Of a DNA stretch of 64,000 nt, positions 58,319-64,000 are shown in pieces. The first letter of the stretch is position 1, and each line of letters begins with the position of its first letter. This DNA comes from Alphaproteobacteria bacterium (GTDB taxonomy: Bacteria > Pseudomonadota > Alphaproteobacteria > Bin95). The notes beneath the pieces are model-generated. The model was not told where the DNA came from. It ran no database searches and saw only the letters and a program-made list of their open reading frames with translations. The DNA lies in contig OZ224045.1 in the NCBI GenBank assembly GCA_963665325.3, positions 2,080,001 to 2,144,000 on the forward strand. Reading direction: 5' to 3'. The position numbers and the translations under genes are program-made.

Positions 58319-58765
58319 ATGGTCGCCATTACCGCAAGAGTCGCTATCGACTGGCACTGCCGCCACACTTGGCGCAGGGCTTCGAAGAACACGGCCTGGT
58401 GCCTGCTCGGCTGCGCCATTGGCGATTTCGCCACCATCGCCTTCTTTCAGTTCACCGGCATACCCTGGCCGACGATGGCGATCATGGTCCTCGCCATCGT
58501 GAACGGGTTGCTGACGTCCATCGCTCTGGAGACATTCATACTCTCCCGCCAGATGGACCTCGGGACTGCGTTCCGGACAGCCATCGGGATGTCCTTCATC
58601 TCGATGATCTCGATGGAAGCCATGATGAATGCGGTGGACTGGGCGCTGACCGGCGGCGCCATGCTGACATGGTGGGTCGTGCCGCTCATGCTGGCCGCCG
58701 GCTTCGTCACGCCGCTTCCCTACAATTACTGGCGGTTGAAGGCGCTTGGGAAGGCATGCCACTGA
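58319..58765 (+). CDS. DUF4396-family membrane protein
   Basis: NTAWCLLGCAIGD, MSFISMISME, PYNYWRL. Confidence 0.85.
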   Translation: MVAITARVAIDWHCRHTWRRASKNTAWCLLGCAIGDFATIAFFQFTGIPWPTMAIMVLAIVNGLLTSIALETFILSRQMDLGTAFRTAIGMSFISMISMEAMMNAVDWALTGGAMLTWWVVPLMLAAGFVTPLPYNYWRLKALGKACH

Positions 58766-59184
58766 GGCGGGTCGGGTTCCTGCTCGCCGCAATCGCCGCT
58801 GCAGGCCTCGGCGGATATCTCTATCTCGGGGGGTACAGCGACGACACGGGCGCCGACGGCGGGGCGCCCATCGTCGCCGTCAAGCTGCCCGAAGCCCTCT
58901 CCGCTCGGGCGCAACTGGGGCGGGACGCCTACGACGCCAACTGCGCAGAGTGCCATGGCCGCAATGCAACCGGACTGGCCGGGACCGCTCCGCCGCTGGT
59001 GCACGTCATTTACGAGCCCGGCCATCATGGCGACGAGTCGTTCCAGAGGGCGGTCGCCAGGGGAGTCAGGGCCCACCACTGGCGCTTCGGGAACATGCCG
59101 CCGGTGGACGGACTGACCCGCAGGGAGGTCGCCGACATCGTGGCCTATGTCCGGGAGCTTCAGCGGGTGAACGGCATCCGCTAA
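58756..59184 (+). CDS. Cytochrome c
   Basis: CAECHG, YEPGHHGD, HHWRFGNMPP. Confidence 0.9.
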   Translation: MPLRRVGFLLAAIAAAGLGGYLYLGGYSDDTGADGGAPIVAVKLPEALSARAQLGRDAYDANCAECHGRNATGLAGTAPPLVHVIYEPGHHGDESFQRAVARGVRAHHWRFGNMPPVDGLTRREVADIVAYVRELQRVNGIR

Positions 59185-59308
59185 GGCGACGGCGAGGAAG
59201 CGTTTTGCAGTGTCGGCCCCGTCGCGCTATCCATGGAAACGGCAATGCGCCGGGACATTCGAACGGGCCCGACCGGGGCCGAATCCGCACTGAGCGAGGC
59301 AATCTTCC

Positions 59309-60079
59309 ATGGCTGGAACGCCGGGTTATTTCCAAGGTAAGACCATCGTCATCACCGGCGCGGCGAGCGGCATCGGCCGGGCGACCGCGCAGATCTTCAC
59401 CCGCGAGGGCGCAAATGTCGTCGCATGCGACATCGATGACGACGGCAACGAGAACACGGTCGAGATCATCCGCCAGACCGGGGGCAGGGCGCTTGCCGTC
59501 GCCACCGATGTCACCCGCCGCGAGGATGTCGATGCGGCGGTCGCGGAGGCCATCCGGGAGTTCGGGCGGATCGACTTCATGTTCAACTGCGCAGGCGCCG
59601 CGGTGCGACGGTCCGGCTTTCTCGATATCGACGACGATCTCTGGCAGCGGACCTGGGCGATCAATGTGAACGGCGTGCTCTACGGCATGCAGGCGGTGCT
59701 GCCCCACATGCTGGAGAACGGCAAGGGCGTGATCGTGAATGTCGCCTCCATGTCCCACAAGCGGGGCGGGCCCGGCACCTCCGTGCACTACGCCTCCGCC
59801 AAGGGCGCGGTGCTCACCATGTCGCTCGGCGTGGCGCGGGAATTCGCAAGCCGAGGCATACGCTGCCTGTCGATTTCGCCGGGCCCGGTCGAGACTCCGT
59901 TCCAGGCCGCGGCCGCGACGACGCCCGACACGATGGCGACCTTCCTCTCGGACGTGCCGATGGGCCGCTTCGGCAAGCCGGAGGAGATCGGCGAGCTCGT
60001 GCTTTTCATGTGCTCCGACGCCTGCGAGTTCATGACCGCGGACACCGTTTATGTGAACGGCGGCGGCGGCTGGCGGTAA
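59309..60079 (+). CDS. SDR-family oxidoreductase
   Basis: TGAASGIG, YASAK. Confidence 0.92.
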   Translation: MAGTPGYFQGKTIVITGAASGIGRATAQIFTREGANVVACDIDDDGNENTVEIIRQTGGRALAVATDVTRREDVDAAVAEAIREFGRIDFMFNCAGAAVRRSGFLDIDDDLWQRTWAINVNGVLYGMQAVLPHMLENGKGVIVNVASMSHKRGGPGTSVHYASAKGAVLTMSLGVAREFASRGIRCLSISPGPVETPFQAAAATTPDTMATFLSDVPMGRFGKPEEIGELVLFMCSDACEFMTADTVYVNGGGGWR

Positions 60080-60084
60080 GGCCT

Positions 60085-60651
60085 CTACTGCCCGAAGCGG
60101 TTTTTGGGCTCGGCGGCGAAGGCTTTCTCCTCGGGTGTGGAGGGGCGCCCCAGCACCGCATTGCGGTGGGGGAAACGCCCGAAGCGGCGGATGACCTTGC
60201 GGTGCCTTCGGGCGTATTCGCGGCTGTCGGCGCTGCCCCAGGCGTCAAACAGGCGGACGACGAGATCCTGATCGGCAAGTGCCTCGCTGTGTTCCAGCGG
60301 CATGTAGAGGAATGTGCGGAGCGCGGCCGGCACGGCCCGGTCGAAACCGCGCGCAAGGGCGAAGCGGGAGAGCTCGCGGGCGCGCGGGTCGCCGGCGAAG
60401 GCGCGCGCCGTCCCCCGGTAGATGTTGCGGGGGAACTGGTCGAGCAGCAGGATGAGCGCAAGGCAGTATCGCGGCCGCCAGCGCCAGTCGTCGAAGCCGC
60501 CGGCCAACGCCTCCTCGACGGCTGGTTCGAACCGGCGGCACAGTTCGTCGAATTCCGGTCCGCCCTGGAACCAGGCCTCGCGCGGCCAGCCGAAATCGGG
60601 CGCATCGGGCGGGCCGAACCAGAAGTCGAGCACGGCATCCGGTTCCGTCAT
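60085..60651 (-). CDS. DUF924-family protein
   Basis: LDFWF, LLDQFPRNIYR, FGRFPHRNAVLGR. Confidence 0.92.
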   Translation of the reverse strand: MTEPDAVLDFWFGPPDAPDFGWPREAWFQGGPEFDELCRRFEPAVEEALAGGFDDWRWRPRYCLALILLLDQFPRNIYRGTARAFAGDPRARELSRFALARGFDRAVPAALRTFLYMPLEHSEALADQDLVVRLFDAWGSADSREYARRHRKVIRRFGRFPHRNAVLGRPSTPEEKAFAAEPKNRFGQ

Positions 60652-61607
60652 CCGATCAACCCCTTCTCCTGCAGCAGGCGGTCTAGGCCGCCGGGGTCGC
60701 GCCATTCGATATTTACGGGCACGGTCTCCACCGCGCCGCGTATGTCCGGCGGCAGGCGCACGGCGTCCTTCTCAGTCGTGACGCATCGTGCGCCGAGCGC
60801 CGCCGCCTGCTCAAGGAGCGTCATCGCCTCCTCCGGCCGGTAGGCGTGGTGGTCCGGAAAGGCGCGGAAGTCCACCAGCCGCACGCCCAGCTCCTGCAGC
60901 GTTTCTGCGAATTTGGCCGGGCGCCCGATGCCGGCAAAGCCGAACACGGGCTCGCCCGCGAGCCGCTCGCTGCCCGGCGCCGGCATGAGACGCGCCTCGA
61001 GCCGGGGCAGGCCGTTCGGCAGGGCGCATAGAGGGCTGCCGATCACGATGAGCGCATCGGCCCGCGCATGGGCCGCTTCGGCGGGCTCGCGCAATGGTCC
61101 GGCCGGGAAGACCCGGCCATTGCCGTAGCCGACCGCGCCGTCGGCCACCAGGAGCGCCGCGTCCTTGGCGAGGCTCCCGTTCTGGAAGCCGTCGTCCATC
61201 ACGACGATGCTGGCGCCCGCTTCGGCAGCGGCGAGTGCGCCGGCGGGGCGGTTGCGCGCAACCCAGGCCGGCGCGGCGCGGGCAAGCAGCAGCGGTTCGT
61301 CGCCGACATCGCCCGCACTGTGCGCCGCCGGATCGACCCGCACCGGGCCGCGCTGCCGTCCGCCGTAGCCGCGGGAGAGGAAATGCGGGCGGTGCCCGGC
61401 GGCGGCGAGGCGTTCGGCAACGGCAAGCGCAACCGGGGTCTTGCCGGCCCCGCCCAGCACGGCATTGCCGATGCATACCACCGGAATGGGCGCCCGCCGC
61501 GCTCCGCCCTGTCGGGGACGCGCGATCCGCGCATAGAGCCAGGCCGCAGGGGCAAGCAGCCGGCCTTGCGGCGCGCCCGCATCGTTCCAGAAGGCTGGCG
61601 GACGCAC
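60648..61607 (-). CDS. lpxK: Tetraacyldisaccharide 4'-kinase
   Basis: GGAGKTP, SRGYGG, GDEP, MDDGFQ, TTEKD. Confidence 0.95.
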   Translation of the reverse strand: MRPPAFWNDAGAPQGRLLAPAAWLYARIARPRQGGARRAPIPVVCIGNAVLGGAGKTPVALAVAERLAAAGHRPHFLSRGYGGRQRGPVRVDPAAHSAGDVGDEPLLLARAAPAWVARNRPAGALAAAEAGASIVVMDDGFQNGSLAKDAALLVADGAVGYGNGRVFPAGPLREPAEAAHARADALIVIGSPLCALPNGLPRLEARLMPAPGSERLAGEPVFGFAGIGRPAKFAETLQELGVRLVDFRAFPDHHAYRPEEAMTLLEQAAALGARCVTTEKDAVRLPPDIRGAVETVPVNIEWRDPGGLDRLLQEKGLIG

Positions 61608-61611
61608 AGGC

Positions 61612-62880
61612 TCAGATGCGGGCGAGCAGCGGCGAGAGCGCGCCTAGCACCTCGTCCAGCACGCCGCCGCGGGCGTTGGCCACCGCCGCCGCGCGGGCCG
61701 CCTGCGTGCGCCGCGCTTCGCTGTCGGAAAGCAGTATGCCGATGGCGGACACCAGCTCGTCCCGGTCCGCGACCCGGCGCGCGCCCCCCGCTGCCGCCAG
61801 TTCGGTCACGATCTCGGTGAAATTGAACATGGCCGGCCCGTGTACGAGCGCCGCGCCCAGCCGCGCCGGCTCGAGCGGGTTCTGCCCGCCATGCGGCACC
61901 AGCGAGCCGCCGACGAACACCGCCTCCGCCACGCGGTAGAACAGTCCGAGCTCGTCCAGTGTGTCGATCAGATAGACCCCGGTCGCCGCGCCCGGCAGTT
62001 CCCCGCGCGAGCGCCTGGCGACGGCGAGGCCGTTCTTCACCGAAAGCAGCGTCTCGATCTCGTCGCCGCGTTCGGGGTGGCGGGGCGCAAGCAGGGTCAA
62101 CACACCGGCATGGCTGTGCCTGAGCGCCTCGTGCGCATAGGCGACCTGCGCCTCTTCGCCGGGATGGGTGGAGGCGGCAAGCCAGACCGGCCGGTCGGCC
62201 ACCGCATCTAGCACCGCTTCGAGCGCCGTTTCGTCCGCGCCGAGCGGCGGGGCCGCGTATTTCAGGTTGCCGGGAATACGCACGGGATCGGCCCCCAGCA
62301 TGCGGAACCGCGCCGCATGTTCGGCGTCCTGCGCGAGCGTCACATCGAACGAGTCGAGCAGCCTGCGGGCGAAGCGCGGGAAGCGCCGCCAGCGCCTGAA
62401 GGAGACGGGCGACATGCGCGCATTCAGGAGCGCCGCCGGCACGCTTTGCATTCGGAGCTCGCAAAGCATGTTGGGCCAGAGCTCGGACTCGATCCAGAGC
62501 GCGAGGTCCGGGCGCCAGTGCTTCAGGAAACGGCGCACCCACGCCGTCCTGTCCATGGGGTAGTACTGGTGGATGGCACCCGGCGGCAGGCGCCGTGCCA
62601 GCAGTGTGGCGGCAGTGCGGGTGACGGAGGTTGCGAGCACCGCCGCATCCGGGCGCATGGTGGTGATCCTGTCGATCAGCGGCAGGACGGAGGCGGTTTC
62701 GCCGATGCTTGCGCCGTGGAACCATACCAGCGGCCCGTCGGGCCGCGCCGCGCCGGCGATGCCCCGCCGCTCGGGCAGGCGCGCCGGGTCTTCCCGGCCG
62801 CGCCGCCGGCGGTGGGCGACGTAAAACGGCAGCGCGGGCGCCAGCAGGCCGGTCGCCGCCCGGTAGGCGAGATGCATCAT
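61612..62880 (-). CDS. waaA: Kdo transferase
   Basis: WFHGASIGE, ESELWPN, GNLKY, ASTHPGEE, PRHPER, GGQNPLEPA. Confidence 0.95.
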   Translation of the reverse strand: MMHLAYRAATGLLAPALPFYVAHRRRRGREDPARLPERRGIAGAARPDGPLVWFHGASIGETASVLPLIDRITTMRPDAAVLATSVTRTAATLLARRLPPGAIHQYYPMDRTAWVRRFLKHWRPDLALWIESELWPNMLCELRMQSVPAALLNARMSPVSFRRWRRFPRFARRLLDSFDVTLAQDAEHAARFRMLGADPVRIPGNLKYAAPPLGADETALEAVLDAVADRPVWLAASTHPGEEAQVAYAHEALRHSHAGVLTLLAPRHPERGDEIETLLSVKNGLAVARRSRGELPGAATGVYLIDTLDELGLFYRVAEAVFVGGSLVPHGGQNPLEPARLGAALVHGPAMFNFTEIVTELAAAGGARRVADRDELVSAIGILLSDSEARRTQAARAAAVANARGGVLDEVLGALSPLLARI

Positions 62881-63563
62881 GGCACGGCCCCGGACGGCAG
62901 CGGCTGGTGTCCGCACAGCCGGTCGGCGCGGTCGGTCAGGCTGTCCAGCGCTTCCTGGAGGCGCGGCAAGGCGTCGTCGTCCGAAACCGGCAGCGCTTCG
63001 CCGAACAGATAGACGCCGCGATTGACGGGAAGCGGCAGCAGCAGCCGGTCCCAGCTTCGCAGAAGAACGCGGCGTCGGACCGACCAAGACACCGGCAGGA
63101 TGCGCACCCTGGTGAGCCGCGCGAGAGCCGTCGCCCCCGGATGCGGCACCCCGCGCGGTCCGCGCGGCCCGTCGGGGGTGATCGCCACGATATCTCCTGC
63201 GCGTACCAGCCTGACCAGCCGACGCAGCGCCAGCGCCCCGCCGCGCTCGGTCGAGCCGGAGACGGTATGCAGGCCGAAACCCTCTGCGATGGAGCCGCCG
63301 ATCTGGCCGTCGCGATGCGCGGAAATGAGCACATGCGTGCGGTCGGGCCAGGGCCAGTCCACCGGAAAGAGCATCAGCCGGCCATGCCAGAAGCAGACCA
63401 CGGCGCTGCCGTCTTCCTTCAGCGCCGTTTCCAGGTGCTCGCGCCCTTCGACGCGCCAGCGCGTCGTGCCGGCCACCAGCCGGACATAGGCGACCAGCAA
63501 CCGCTTCGCGAGGCGCTGCGCCGCCGGGTGGCGCAACAGCCGCCTGCCGAGGCGTCTAGGCAA
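62877..63563 (-). CDS. DUF374 lysophospholipid acyltransferase family protein
   Basis: [26 protein letters not shown]; start approximate. Confidence 0.88.
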   Translation of the reverse strand: MPRRLGRRLLRHPAAQRLAKRLLVAYVRLVAGTTRWRVEGREHLETALKEDGSAVVCFWHGRLMLFPVDWPWPDRTHVLISAHRDGQIGGSIAEGFGLHTVSGSTERGGALALRRLVRLVRAGDIVAITPDGPRGPRGVPHPGATALARLTRVRILPVSWSVRRRVLLRSWDRLLLPLPVNRGVYLFGEALPVSDDDALPRLQEALDSLTDRADRLCGHQPLPSGAVP

Positions 63564-64000
63564 TGCGGCGGTCCGCTTCGGCGAACTGGAGCGCATGCAG
63601 GCGTGCATAGACGCCGCTCCGCGCCAGAAGCGCACCGTGAGCACCCGACTCGATAACCCGGCCCTTGTCGATGACATGAATGACGTCGGCATTGGCCACG
63701 GTGGAGAGGCGGTGCGCGATGACGACGGTTGTGCGGCCCTGCTTCAGCCGCTCGAGCGCGGCCTGGACCAGCCGCTCGGTCTCGGTGTCGAGCGCCGAGG
63801 TCGCTTCGTCCAGCAGCAGGATAGGCGCGTCCTTCAACATGGCGCGCGCGATGGCGATGCGCTGGCGCTGGCCGCCCGAGAGCCTGACGCCGAACTCCCC
63901 GACCCGCGTCCGGTAACCTTCCGGCATGGCCTCGACGAAGTCATGCGCGCCCGCGTTGCGCGCGGCGGCCTCGACCTCCTCCTCCGCCGCGTCCGGCCGC
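63556..64000 (-). CDS. msbA: Lipid A ABC exporter, 3' part (runs off the window)
   Basis: [32 protein letters not shown]; lipid A gene context. Confidence 0.85.
   Translation of the reverse strand, partial: RPDAAEEEVEAAARNAGAHDFVEAMPEGYRTRVGEFGVRLSGGQRQRIAIARAMLKDAPILLLDEATSALDTETERLVQAALERLKQGRTTVVIAHRLSTVANADVIHVIDKGRVIESGAHGALLARSGVYARLHALQFAEADRRIA

Overview
High-GC window, probably alphaproteobacterial (repC, CueR, lpxK/waaA/msbA and F420-type LLM genes). Bases 1 to about 46,880 are one arm of a large integrated plasmid/ICE-like element, almost all on the minus strand. It appears to have integrated into a MaoC/HTD2-type hydratase gene, whose truncated 5' part remains at 46876-47046. Reading inwards, the element has a repC initiator with an antisense ctRNA-like unit, then an unusual cascade of RepC-derived genes: a mini-RepC, a protein of five tandem RepC C-terminal-like domains and one with two. 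Next come parA, five ParB-like paralogues (three lacking the N-terminal domain) and three palindromic repeats. Further in lie nrdJ, a thermonuclease, an IS1634-interrupted large serine recombinase, HU, a long ParB-like protein, a GHKL ATPase split by a 4-gene DDE element without inverted repeats, several toxin-antitoxin pairs, RadC, a C5 methyltransferase, a strawberry-notch methylase/helicase and a tandem of modular SLOG/DUF2493-related proteins with a shared C-terminal tail. A second copy of the 4-gene element is cut by the window start. Bases 47,100-64,000 look chromosomal: cyclase, oxidoreductases, a small decayed islet, copper/nickel genes, MoxR-vWA and lipid A genes. No rRNA, tRNA or CRISPR array was seen. 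All family assignments come from motif recognition by eye, not database searches.
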